IMG/VR virus record: IMGVR_UViG_3300047564_005685
DNA length: 64,000 bases
Reading direction: 5' to 3' (one strand)
DNA from: an uncultured virus (IMG/VR IMGVR_UViG_3300047564_005685)
Taxonomy: Duplodnaviria > Heunggongvirae > Uroviricota > Caudoviricetes
The notes beneath the pieces were generated by a model. It did not search any database. It saw only the letters and a list, made by a program, of their open reading frames with translations, and was not told the DNA's origin. Of the stretch, positions 48,447-58,568 are shown one piece after another; position 1 is the stretch's first letter; every line of letters begins with the position of its first letter. The translations under genes and the position numbers were made by a program.

Positions 48447-49089
48447 AACCCAGCCAGGTAGTCAACCAGGCTGGGCAGTACCCACACAGACCGGGAAAAG
48501 AATAGCAGCTTGTCCGCTGTGGCGGGCATAAGACTGCATTGGATGCTACTTTGTGGAGACGCTGACAGAAAAACCCCGACCGAAACCGATCGGGGCGCCG
48601 TCTCCAACAGGCACAGCGTAAGTACAAATGCCCACTAGTGCGTGCAGTTGTCAGCAACAGCGCACCGGTGCACGGCAATGGCAAAAGAAAACCCGACCAG
48701 GCTGGCGCCGAGTCGGGTCCGTCCGTCCATTGGTTCCGTCGAAAGTGTATCACGAAAGACGTGGCGGGCGTCTAGGCAGCAGGGTCCGGTAGAGGGGTGT
48801 CGGGGTAGACGGTGCATTGCGGCGGCTCCTCGCCGAAATCAGCGACGTACATCTTGTGCAAGACAGCATCGAGCATGTGTTCCTGCGCGGGTGTCGGAGC
48901 CTCGCCGGTCATCAGGAACCAGGCATCTGCTGCAGTCAGGGTTTCGTGACCGTGGGGATCGGGGGTGGTAGCGCTCATTGGCAGGGCGGAAGTCGAGCAC
49001 TGCAGCTTAGAGCGCCTGTCACGCCTTGCGGTGGAGACTGCGATACGCGCTCGGTAACTCACCTAAAATGATTCCGAAGCTCTGAACCC

Positions 49090-49416
49090 ATGACCATCCG
49101 CTACGCCGGTGAGGTGTTCCAGGGCTACGACAAGCCCAAGCGGACTCCAGGCGAGGACAAGAAGTTTGCGGTCCTCGTGAAGGACGATGGCCGCGATACG
49201 ATCGTGCGGTTTGGTGATCCATCCATGCAGAACTACCGCAATGGCCCCGATGGGCGCGGTGGTCATGGTGACGAGGACAGGCGCGAGAACTTCAAGAGCC
49301 GCCACAACTGCGACGAAAAGAAGGACAAGACCACGCCAGGGTACTGGTCCTGTAACTGGAGCTGGCTCTGGTTGGGCGCCCTGCTTGGAGCTCAGTTGCT
49401 CGGTGTGATCAGCTAA
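49090..49416 (+). CDS. Conserved-type small phage protein (N-terminal RYAG)
   Basis: KK..V......VRFG..M......H.D..RR..F..RH.C....D....YWS. Confidence 0.65.
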   Translation: MTIRYAGEVFQGYDKPKRTPGEDKKFAVLVKDDGRDTIVRFGDPSMQNYRNGPDGRGGHGDEDRRENFKSRHNCDEKKDKTTPGYWSCNWSWLWLGALLGAQLLGVIS

Positions 49417-50178
49417 TCACGCCACCACCAGCTGCCGCTCCTCTGCCGAGCCCTCCTGGTCGAGGGTGTCGTAGAACTGGCGGACCTTGACGAGCCACTT
49501 GTGACGGTAGTGCTCGAGGTCGTCGCCCAGTAAGTAAAAGCTCTGATCGGTCTCGGGGGTTGAGACCAGGATCTGTGCGGCGTCGATGGTCACACCCAGG
49601 GTCTCCTTGCAGGCAATCGCGTAGGCAGCCAGCTGGATGGAGCACTTGCGGAACTTGGACCAGCCGCCGAACAGGGAGCGATCGGTGTCCTTAGGGTAGT
49701 AGCGGGCGTAGGGGCCGACGGAAGTCTTGAAGTCCAGCAGGATATTGGTGCCGTTGCGGACCCCGACTAGGTCTGGGCAACCCGCGTAACCGTACTGATG
49801 GGACCAAATGCGAGATATGCCATCCTCGCCGGTACAGAACTTCCACTCAGGTCGGAGTGGCTTCTCGGACCAGATGAAGTAGTCGAACTTGTCGAGGTGC
49901 TTCGCCAGGCCGTTCCAGTAGGGCCGGTAGTCATCAGCGATGTCGATGGGTAGCCCACGGATGTAGGCCTCACAGGCAGCGTGCACCGCAGTACCCCGGG
50001 CAGCCGCTGCTTCACGGCCGCCGGGGTTGTTGAGGTTCCAGGTGAGCAGCGCCTTCTTACTGGCTTCCGTGGAGGTTCGGCTCAGGATAGCCGTGACGGA
50101 CGGATAGGCCTTGTTGGGGTCGTCGCCAGCGCGGTAGTAGCGGGTGCCATTGAGTTCGTAGCGCGTGGCTTCTGACAA
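49417..50178 (-). CDS. PD-(D/E)XK exonuclease
   Basis: YPSVT.IL, RGT.VH, G.PD, LDFKT, QLAAY. Confidence 0.85.
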   Translation of the reverse strand: MSEATRYELNGTRYYRAGDDPNKAYPSVTAILSRTSTEASKKALLTWNLNNPGGREAAAARGTAVHAACEAYIRGLPIDIADDYRPYWNGLAKHLDKFDYFIWSEKPLRPEWKFCTGEDGISRIWSHQYGYAGCPDLVGVRNGTNILLDFKTSVGPYARYYPKDTDRSLFGGWSKFRKCSIQLAAYAIACKETLGVTIDAAQILVSTPETDQSFYLLGDDLEHYRHKWLVKVRQFYDTLDQEGSAEERQLVVA

Positions 50179-50320
50179 TCAGCTGCAGCCGCTGATTCAT
50201 AATGTAACGAAGACAAGAGGGCGGGAACCCAGGGAATACCTAGCTCAAGCCGGCGCTGAAGAGCCACCGCAACGTTGTGATGCAAATCGCCGCGCCTGAA
50301 TCAGGTCAGAATCTGAGGAA

Positions 50321-50391
50321 GGGGTCGGGCTGGATTTGAACCAGCACTGAGTTCCAGTTGTCCTGGCTGCCTCTCCTTGGGCTACCGACCC
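50321..50391 (-). tRNA. tRNA-like element with non-canonical anticodon arm
   Basis: GGGTCGG/CCGACCC acceptor stem, TA-GCC..GG..GGC D arm, GCTGG-TTCAAAT-CCAGC T arm; anticodon arm only CCAG-GACAA-CTGG. Confidence 0.75.
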
Positions 50392-50442
50392 GGACGAGCC
50401 GAGGGGCTCGAGGAAGCAGTCTAACTCCTAATTTGGAGGAAA

Positions 50443-50616
50443 TTAGGAGTTGGCTTGGAGGTGACGCGCTGGCCGGATCATGGTAATCCGTACGCCTGGA
50501 TGGAGATGCCTGCAAAGCCAGGCCGCCGACCAAGCGCTATGGGCCGGGACGATGATGTCACGAGTACGACGAGGCTCGTCTTCTATGGTGGCAAGCCATT
50601 GGCGTATGGCAGGCAT
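50443..50616 (-). CDS. Small hypothetical protein, 57 aa (not in the ORF track)
   Basis: MPAIRQWLATIEDEPRRTRDIIVPAHSAW...ANS; fills the gap in the minus-strand string. Confidence 0.4.
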   Translation of the reverse strand: MPAIRQWLATIEDEPRRTRDIIVPAHSAWSAAWLCRHLHPGVRITMIRPARHLQANS

Positions 50617-50640
50617 GTAATTGGAGGTGGTTGTAGAGAT

Positions 50641-53618
50641 TTAGCCTTGTGGATCGGGGAGAGATTCAAGCTCCTCCGCGATGTTGCGCAGCTCCTGCCT
50701 GGTGCGCTCGTCGGGGCGCCAGTGGTACAGCGGGCCGCCATCCCACTCGGGGCTCTGGTGGTCGGCCAGGACGCGGAACGCAGCCGCCAGGCACAGCTCC
50801 TGCCAGTTGTCGTCAAACGGGCCGCACAGTTCGTAGCGGGCGTCGAAGGCGCCAACGATGGCGCTGGTGGCGGGGGAGTGGTCAGGCATTGGCGCCCTCC
50901 AGCTCGGCGGCGATGGCGAGAAATTCATTACGGATCCTGAGTTCTGCCGCATGTGCTTGGACTATTGATCCCCAAGGTGTCTTCTGCTCAGGCGGCACCA
51001 CCTGATCCACAGCAGCACGCAGGGCGGCGGCACACAAAGCGTTAATTCCGGCCTGTAGTGAGGCGTCAGTTGTTTCAAGCGTGATCGGCACTGCGTCCGT
51101 AGCAGAAATGCTGACTCGGCAGTATTTGCTCAGCTCTTGCATGATTTGAGCAAGATCACGACTTACCGCCTGCGCGGCAGGTGAGAGGTCAGCCATCACC
51201 CCTCTCCGCAATCTCGGCCTGTTCGGTGAGCAGGTCGCGGAGGCGCATCCTGACAGTCCAGTCACGGGCTAGGCGGTCATCCGCTGTTGGTGGCTCCTCC
51301 TCCGGCACCAACCAGTCCCGCAAGGCGCGGATCTCGGCGGCGTAGCCGTGGCGGTCGTTGAGGCCGGGGTTGCGGCCCTCGAAGTAGGCGCCTTGCATTG
51401 CCCACCACAGCGGCGGGCGGTTGGGGGTGTCAGTCATCGTCCCCACCACCAGTCACCCCAGAAGGTCCAGCTGCTGGCAGTCCGGCGGCTGTCGGTGTTG
51501 ATCCAGTGGAAGCGGCCAATGCTGCCGCCGTTGGAGTCAATCCAGATAGGCCAGGTCATGGCTGCACCTCGCCCGCAGGCAGCGGCAGGGCGCTCACTAG
51601 CAGCCAATGAGCAGGCTGCAGACTGGCAACACTCCACCCAGCCCTAGTGCCGCTGCAAACCTCCGTGGCATCCCATTGAGAAATGCCCATCTGTGGATCG
51701 GTGTAATAGTCAATGTCGTACAAGGTGAAGACGCCATCGCGTAAGCATAGATAACGGCCCGAGACATTTGGTTCTGTTGACCATGGCAGCAAATCAATCA
51801 TTGGATTCAGTTTCGTGTGTGGTGGCCGTAGCGGTCGTTGAAGGCATCAACGATGGCGAGGGTGGCGGGGCAGGGCTCAGCCACTGCCCTCCAGCTCGGC
51901 GGCGATGGCGAGGAGTTCGTGGCGGATCATCATGCGCTGCGTGCCGCGATCAGATCGCGTGCTGCACGGCGGCACCACCTGATCCGCCACGGCCCGCAGC
52001 ACAGCCGCTGCAAAGTCATCCGTGGATGGCGGGGCGGGACTGCGGGCGTACTCAGCGTCGATCGCAGCGCGGATGGCTGTGATGGCGTCAGTCATGCCCC
52101 CACCTCCCCTTTCTCGGCGCGGTCAGCTTCGGCGGTTAGCAGTATGCGGAGAGCCTTGCGTTCCTCCCAGATGGCGAATGCCTCATCGGTGGCAGTGAAA
52201 CCCGGCTCCTCTGGTTCAGGTACCAGCCAATCCCGCAGGGCGCGGATCATGTAGGCGCCCGACAGGCGCCAGTTCTCTCTAGGGCACCTCCAGAAGGCGT
52301 GGTACATCACCTCCCACAGCGGCGGGCGATCGAAGGAGTCAGTCATCAGTGATTTCCTCCAGCGGTTGAAAGTGCGGTAGCCAGTTGCCACTGGCATCGG
52401 TGAAGCCCGACTCATGCAAGAACTGCGCAGGGGCATGTTTGCGGTACTAGCCATTAGTGTTCTTGTCTAGTTAAAGGGTTTTCAGATAAGACAGGCGCTG
52501 ATCCTGCATCCGATCCAGCAGTTCCTTAAGGCGGGCATAGCAGTCCTCAGAACTGATTTCGCCCATCCTGATCTGCAGCAGCAGTGCATCCGCCTCTTGA
52601 CGCCAGACCTCACGGACTTCTTTTTCAAGCAAGCCGTGCCGCTCTCTGGGGCTAGGATTCGCACGACGCCATTCTTGCTCCTGCTCCCAGTCGGGATAGG
52701 GACAGTGCTGCCGCCAAGCATCGGCAATGCCTTCAATGGCGCGATTCAATTCACGGCTAGCGGTTTCAGTCTGGCGATTGTTGGCTGCTTTGGTCATGGT
52801 TGGTCCTCTTGATTAGTGTGTAGAACTTGTGGATTGGTCGGCGCCCTCCAGCTCTGCGGCGATATTCCGCAGCTCCTGGCGGGTGCGCTCGTCGGGGCGC
52901 CAGTGGCACAGCGGACCACCGTCCCAGGCTGGTGTCTGGTGGTCGGCCAATGCCCGCAGCGCAGCCGCCAGGCACAGCTCCTGCCAGTTGTCGTCAAACG
53001 GGCCGCACAGTTCGTATCGGGCGTCGAAGGCGGCGACCATGGCGCAGGTGGCAGAGCTCATCGGCGGGCGGTTGGGGGTGGTCGTGGCTGTACCTCCCCC
53101 GCAGGCAGCGGCAGGGCAGTGGCGGTCCAGTCATGCAAAGCAGCTCTGGCAATCGCAATTACGTCGTGATGGTCAACTCGCTTGCACCATCGATTCTCTT
53201 GGGGATTTTGGCGACACTTATCAACCCAAGCAGAAATCTCGGCAAGGCTCGGCAACCGCTCACTAACCGGCACGGGCGCGGGGTGGCGCTGCTCCAGCAG
53301 GTCGGCGGCGCGGCTCATCTGATCAGCGGTCATGTTGCACAGGGCGTAGTGTTCAACCTCGACGCATTCGGCATCAGTACGGAGCGCAGCCACCAACTCA
53401 GCCACCTCCCCCGTAACCGGTGGCGCGGGCTCCGCCTCAGCGGCCAGGGCGGCGCGGGCGCGGTCGATCAGGGCGCGGCGTTTGCTGTCTGTCGCGTCGC
53501 TACAGCCGCCTTCAAAGCGGAGCGCCTTCTGTGCGCGCTCCAGCGTGTTGGCCAGCTCGTCACACAGCGCTTTGAAATCAGTATTCATGGCGATTCGTGA
53601 ATTCGTTTGTGGTGTCAT
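50641..53618 (-). repeat. Array of short paralogous genes with shared DNA segments
   Basis: ~180-nt near-duplicate at ~50676-50856 and ~52855-53036; recurring LAIAAELEG, RPPLW, IRALRDWLVPE and ALPLPAGEVQP blocks. Confidence 0.8.
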
Positions 53619-54136
53619 TCGGTATCTCCCTGCCCCTGCTGTCTCCAGGGATCGGTAATGAGTTCAGCCTGTTCCTCGACGTAATCAATGGCAGAGCGTT
53701 CACTGCGGTAAGCGGCTAGCTCCTCGAGCAGTTGCCGTGCCAGGAGTGCACTGCCTTTCATTAGTTCCGGCAGCTCAGCCCCTTGTGTTGCCAGTCGCGA
53801 GGCAATGGCTGGACCGATCACCGCCAGGTAGGCCGTGGTCATGGGATCGATTGCGTAGCCGGAGAAGCTGGCGCCACCGGACGTAAAGCCGTTGAGGAGG
53901 TAGATAAGGTCCTCCACCGCCTTGGCCAGCGTGACCTGGCCGTGGATGACCTGTGCCAGAAGGCGATTGGTCTGCTGCTGCTCAGCGAGCTGGAGCCTGC
54001 TGACCTCAAAGAGCGTGAGGTTGTCAGTCGGTGTTGTCGAGCTCATGGAAGATACGTCCATTGGTGAAACGCACGAGGCGGAGAGCGGCTTGCTGAACCG
54101 GTGACAGGTGACGCCAGGCGTGATTAACGGCATCAC
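53615..54136 (-). CDS. Hypothetical protein (start uncertain)
   Basis: Helical ORF in the minus-strand string. Confidence 0.45.
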   Translation of the reverse strand: MMPLITPGVTCHRFSKPLSASCVSPMDVSSMSSTTPTDNLTLFEVSRLQLAEQQQTNRLLAQVIHGQVTLAKAVEDLIYLLNGFTSGGASFSGYAIDPMTTAYLAVIGPAIASRLATQGAELPELMKGSALLARQLLEELAAYRSERSAIDYVEEQAELITDPWRQQGQGDTE

Positions 54137-54447
54137 CGTCGTACCGGGAGATCACCTGCCTGACGTCCTCTTTGGTTGAGGCTTCAGCAAGTGCGGCGAG
54201 GATGTCAGGATCGGGCGCGGAGGCCGATGAAGGCGGGCTGGGGATGGGCATCAACGTAGCGGTAGGACGAGAGCACGCCAAGCCGTACAAGCGAGTCCAT
54301 TTCGTCTTGCGGGCGATCGCCTGGAATCAAGAAGATGTCCAGAGCTGGCGTCGAGAGGAACGGAGTTGAGCCGGGTGGGAGAGGGGTCATGACGCGCGGC
54401 TGCGGACAGCGCAAACCGGGTAAGGTGAACAAAACGTCTGCCAGGGC

Positions 54448-54732
54448 ATGGAGGAACGCCACCCAGAGCGTGCGCAGGATAACGGGTTGGAGCCGACCGT
54501 GGGAGAGCAGGTGCGGCTGGGTAAGTTCCTGAAGCAGCTGGATGAAACAGGTGAAGCAGAGCTGAGAACGCTTTGCCGGCAGATGGCGCATCAGGTGCTG
54601 GTGATGTACCCATCAGCAATGCGCTACCTGGCCAGGGAGGCGGCTAGGAACCTGTCGGGACAGCCGTGGAGTGCGGAGGCGTCGGAGAAACTGATGAAAG
54701 CATTAAGCGAAAATCCAAACAGCGACGCATAG
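54448..54732 (+). CDS. Helical protein, weakly NblA-like
   Basis: PTVGEQVRL...LKQL...GEAELRTLCRQM; possible TTG start at 54487. Confidence 0.35.
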   Translation: MEERHPERAQDNGLEPTVGEQVRLGKFLKQLDETGEAELRTLCRQMAHQVLVMYPSAMRYLAREAARNLSGQPWSAEASEKLMKALSENPNSDA

Positions 54733-54876
54733 TACATGTGTTCAAGAACCCGCGTAGTGCGGATTGGCGCGGATTGGCGCTTTATGCAGGAAATGAATAA
54801 ACGGCATGCAGCCGGAATCCGCGTACAGGAAAGCGGCACCCGGTAGATCCCAGGCGCCGCAATGGGTGTCAGCGAA

Positions 54877-55581
54877 TCACCAGCCTGTGGCAGGCATCGC
54901 TTCGGGTTCGGTCGCGATTTCGTGGTCCGCGCCGAGAGCGTCGCGGTAGGTCGGCGGGAGACCACTGGGTTCCGCGCCGGCTGGCTTCCCGGCAAACGGA
55001 TCACCGCCGACGAACAGGGCCGGCAGCCAGATCGAGTCAGCGACGTCGGCCCAGGCCTTCTCGTCCGCTTTGGTCGGGGCTTTGAGGGTGGGGATCAGCG
55101 TGTAGGTGGTGTCGATCTCCTTGCCCTTGCGCTTGAGGGTCAGGTAGAAGTTCGCCAGGCCGCTGGGCAGGGTGCGGTAGTCCTCCATGGCGAGCGTCTC
55201 TTCCAGCTGTTCACGCAGGTCGCGACGTGTGAACGTGTAGACCAGGAAGTCCTCGGCTTCCTTGGAGTATCCGACGAAGGACAGGAAATACTTCGGCTTG
55301 TCCTTCTCCCCGGTGCCTTTGACCTTGCCGTCGTAGGTCAGGCCGATGTCGTCGAGATAGTTTTCGGGGTACGACGGGAAGCGACGGGGGCGACCGGATT
55401 CGGTGAAGTATTGCCAGCCCGCGATGACGTGTCCCGTGTCATGGAGACCGCAGAGCCGGAACGTCGTGGAGGCGCCGTCAGCAAGTTGCTTGGTTTCGAA
55501 GTAGCGGGATTTCTTGTCGTCGTTGCTGTTGGATTGGGAATTACCAGCTGCGGGTCGGTAGTTGTCAGGCAGGAAGCCCAT
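54877..55581 (-). CDS. Putative phage ssDNA-binding/replication protein
   Basis: Aromatic-rich core, G.G.DT.Y-like motif and acidic tail; adjacent to ssb. Confidence 0.45.
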   Translation of the reverse strand: MGFLPDNYRPAAGNSQSNSNDDKKSRYFETKQLADGASTTFRLCGLHDTGHVIAGWQYFTESGRPRRFPSYPENYLDDIGLTYDGKVKGTGEKDKPKYFLSFVGYSKEAEDFLVYTFTRRDLREQLEETLAMEDYRTLPSGLANFYLTLKRKGKEIDTTYTLIPTLKAPTKADEKAWADVADSIWLPALFVGGDPFAGKPAGAEPSGLPPTYRDALGADHEIATEPEAMPATGW

Positions 55582-55618
55582 CTGTTCGTGTTAGTGGTGT
55601 TTGGATTGGTTGCGGGAA

Positions 55619-56275
55619 TCAGGACCAGTCCCAGGGCATTTCCGGGGAAGTAAAGTCCTCGTTGCTGTAGCCAGCAGCCTTGCCAGCAGAGGGATCTGAG
55701 GCGGAGGCGCCGCCTTTGGGTTTGCCGTGGACCTTGATGAGGCGCGCCTTGATTTCGGGATAGGGCTTGCCTTCCCGGTTGGTGCGCTGATCGAGGACGC
55801 CGGAGACGGACACCAGCGCGCCCTTGGGGGCTTCGGCGAGCTTGTCCATGGCGAATCCGTAGGCGCGGACCTTGAACCAGTCGGTCTGCTCCTCGCCACC
55901 GGAGTAGCGATTAACAGCCACGGTCCGAGAACAGGACTTGGCGGATTCTGTGACCTTGGGCTCTCCGGCTAGGCGGCCGACGATGTTCACTTCATTGAGG
56001 TACTGATCGGTGTGGGCATCGCAGACCACCCGGGTATAGAGCAGCGGCAGATTGCCGGACTCGCCCAGGGTGAGATCGCCGGAGACGATGAGCAGTTGAT
56101 TGGCCTGCTTGGCTGCAAGCGCACCGGCTGCGTTGGAGCCGGTATGGCATTGCAGGACGACAGTGGAAGGGTCTCTGCCGATGGTGGCGGCAAAAGCTTC
56201 CAGTGCCTCCTTACCACCGATCTGAATCGGAGTCGGTGGTGCTGCCAAGGCCACAATGAGCGTGGCTGTGGACAT
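55619..56275 (-). CDS. ssb: Single-stranded DNA-binding protein (probably tandem OB folds)
   Basis: LNEV.IVGRL..EP, VAVNR, TDWF.V...G, KG.LV.VSG.L; acidic-aromatic tail. Confidence 0.8.
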   Translation of the reverse strand: MSTATLIVALAAPPTPIQIGGKEALEAFAATIGRDPSTVVLQCHTGSNAAGALAAKQANQLLIVSGDLTLGESGNLPLLYTRVVCDAHTDQYLNEVNIVGRLAGEPKVTESAKSCSRTVAVNRYSGGEEQTDWFKVRAYGFAMDKLAEAPKGALVSVSGVLDQRTNREGKPYPEIKARLIKVHGKPKGGASASDPSAGKAAGYSNEDFTSPEMPWDWS

Positions 56276-56405
56276 ACGAGGTTGCTTGGCGCACGCCAGG
56301 CTAACGGCTCTGCAAGGCCTGGCAAGCACCAGGCAAGAGGCCAATCCTTAAGAGAGCGTGAACCGGGGCTGGTGCTCCGGGCCGCTCCCGTGTGCAGAGG
56401 AGGTT

Positions 56406-57038
56406 TCAGGACTGAGCGAACGAGCAGACCCAGTCCGGCAGTGGCGGAACCGGTTCGGCGGCTTGCGGCATGACGAGGATGAGCATGTCGAGCCCCTGGC
56501 ATTGGATGCGTAGCGGCCCGCCGTCGAAGGCCGACAGAGCGATGGAATCACTACAGCCGGCAGCGGCCTTAAGGGCCTTGGTCAGGAACGGGGCGGCGTA
56601 GCGGCCGGCGGTGGCGCTGATTGCGGGAGTGGCTGACCAGCGGTCAATGCAAGCCGCGATGGCCGCCTCGAGGGGCGGGAACTCCAGGGAGGAGTACAGG
56701 ATGGGGAACTCCTTGATCTCGTTGTCGGCCGTCTTGCGGTACGTGGTGACCCGCGCGCTGGGACCGTCAATGACAATATCGCGCTCAGCGGATTTGATGC
56801 CGGTGCAGGCGGCCAGCAGCTTGTCGCTGGCAATGAGATTGCAGCGTTCATCAGCGGTCCCCTGGCTGTCGTAGCCCAGGAAGCTGACGTGCCCCTGGTT
56901 GGTGCTGGCCACAAGGACCCCGCCGGCGTGGGGCCGGACGTGGATGGCCTGGTAGGGGGCGTACTGGCCAACAAACAAGCCAGCGAGAGCCAGAAGCGCG
57001 GAGTTGAATTGCAGCATCTCAGCTGGAGGCAAGGACAA
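56406..57038 (-). CDS. Hypothetical protein, weak sliding-clamp-like pattern
   Basis: VASTNQGH, EFP and PLRI...LILVMP. Confidence 0.4.
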   Translation of the reverse strand: MSLPPAEMLQFNSALLALAGLFVGQYAPYQAIHVRPHAGGVLVASTNQGHVSFLGYDSQGTADERCNLIASDKLLAACTGIKSAERDIVIDGPSARVTTYRKTADNEIKEFPILYSSLEFPPLEAAIAACIDRWSATPAISATAGRYAAPFLTKALKAAAGCSDSIALSAFDGGPLRIQCQGLDMLILVMPQAAEPVPPLPDWVCSFAQS

Positions 57039-57518
57039 CGCAGCCCTGAATCTCCTGCGTTGCGGGGATCCAGCGCCAGGTGAAATGGAGCCGGTTGCGC
57101 GCCATCAGGGCATTGGCTTCCGGCAATTCATCAATAGCGAGCATGGGCCGCCAGGCCGGGTCGATGGGTTCACCGGTCACTGTGTTGATCATGACGGCAC
57201 GACGGCGTTCCATGGGAGAGACGGCAGACGGTCCAGGCTAGGAAGTGCGCGGCACGGCAGGCATTGGGTCAAGACAGAGGCCCTAGGCTGATACTGGACC
57301 ACTGCGCGCCAGCGATGGACGACATTGCTGTAATGGACCGGGCCTACGAGCGGCGTCAGGAGCTGATGGCAGAGGACGACGTCATGGGAGTGGCCATGAC
57401 GCTGGAGCCGTTTGGGGTAACACTGACCATTGCGCACCGAGATGGTGGGCGCGAAGTGGAGTTTATCCCGAAAGAGATCAGCGCGTGATCGCTATCGTGG
57501 AGCCACGGAAGGAAAGTC

Positions 57519-57761
57519 ATGCAGCTACCGATTGACAACACAGAAGCGCTGATCGGCTTCGGGCTGTTTATCGCGTCGGAACTGATCGGGTTGTCAAAAG
57601 CGCGCGACAACAGCCTGCTGCAGTTGCTGCTGCATATGGCCAGTGAACTGTTCCCGTATGAGCTGCAGCGCCGTGAACCGGCGAGCCGATCGAATCGCCC
57701 ACGGCTGAAGCGCGATAGCCGTGGGCGTTATGTCAGCCGGCGTGAGCAATCAGAGGAGTAG
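57519..57761 (+). CDS. Small membrane protein (possible holin-like)
   Basis: LF.ASE.IG.SK..DNS.LQL motif; GGAAGG RBS. Confidence 0.5.
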   Translation: MQLPIDNTEALIGFGLFIASELIGLSKARDNSLLQLLLHMASELFPYELQRREPASRSNRPRLKRDSRGRYVSRREQSEE

Positions 57762-57983
57762 GTCGGGATCGGCGTGCTGGGCGACCTCTGCTTCAAGCAT
57801 GAGGTTCCGAGCGGCGTGGGGATGATCGCTGGTCAGATGCAGAGCAACAGTCACCAGTAGATCCGAGACGGCTGCGGGAGCGACGGGGGTCTTGCAGTGA
57901 TGGTCCAGCTGTGTCTGCAGCTGGGCGAACAGTGGCTTTGACTTGGGCATGGCTTGCAAGGCGGCGGTTCCAGTCGGCGGGGA

Positions 57984-58334
57984 TCAGTTGTCGTGCAAGG
58001 GCGTGATGCTGGTCACCCCAGCAAGAGGTGTTGTCACCGGCCCGCTGAATGGGTAGTCAGGCAGGTGCTCGTTGAGGGTGAGGTCGTACTCCGTAGCGAC
58101 GCGTCGCATCTTGTCGGGTGATCGGAACTCATTGAAGGCGAGCTTGCAGGCTCCTTTCATGATGGATTCCTCGTGGAAGCCAGCGGCACAAAGCACGCGC
58201 TCAAAGACATCAAACCAGGCATGGATGTCGCAGTCCTTCATTTCGCTACGAATGGTGGCGTGGATCTCGTCATGATCCGGTGTAGCACCAGAGTGGACGT
58301 TGATCTCCAGTTGCTGGGCGAACTCAGGAAGCAT
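57984..58334 (-). CDS. Hypothetical protein
   Basis: 116-aa ORF; F..FE.VL.A.GF motif. Confidence 0.45.
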   Translation of the reverse strand: MLPEFAQQLEINVHSGATPDHDEIHATIRSEMKDCDIHAWFDVFERVLCAAGFHEESIMKGACKLAFNEFRSPDKMRRVATEYDLTLNEHLPDYPFSGPVTTPLAGVTSITPLHDN

Positions 58335-58568
58335 TGGGCAAGCAGCGTTACGGGAAATGTACCGTGCTCATCGGGCCAGTTGGATTGATCATGCGCTCGT
58401 AGTGGGGCTCCAGCAGGGCGTACCACTGGGCGGCTGTCCAGTTCCGGCCGGTGCGCTGGTTAAGGATGCGGGTCGGTGAGTGCAATCCGAGCTCGATACC
58501 GCCCGCCTCGTGATAGAGGCAGGCGGCGTAACCCAGGAGCTCACTGCGATGGAGGTGCAGCTCGTTGA

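Noticed and set aside
50321..50391. Functional tRNA-Leu(CAA)
   Set aside because: CAA falls at positions 34-36 only in a register where the stem does not pair. There is no U33 and no long variable arm
50392..50620. Large structured RNA upstream of the tRNA mimic
   Set aside because: Most of it is explained by a 57-aa ORF (50443-50616) followed by one perfect hairpin
56316..56340. Second GGCAAGCACCAGGCAAG resembling the integrase arm repeats
   Set aside because: A single isolated pair 27 kb from int with different spacing; may be chance
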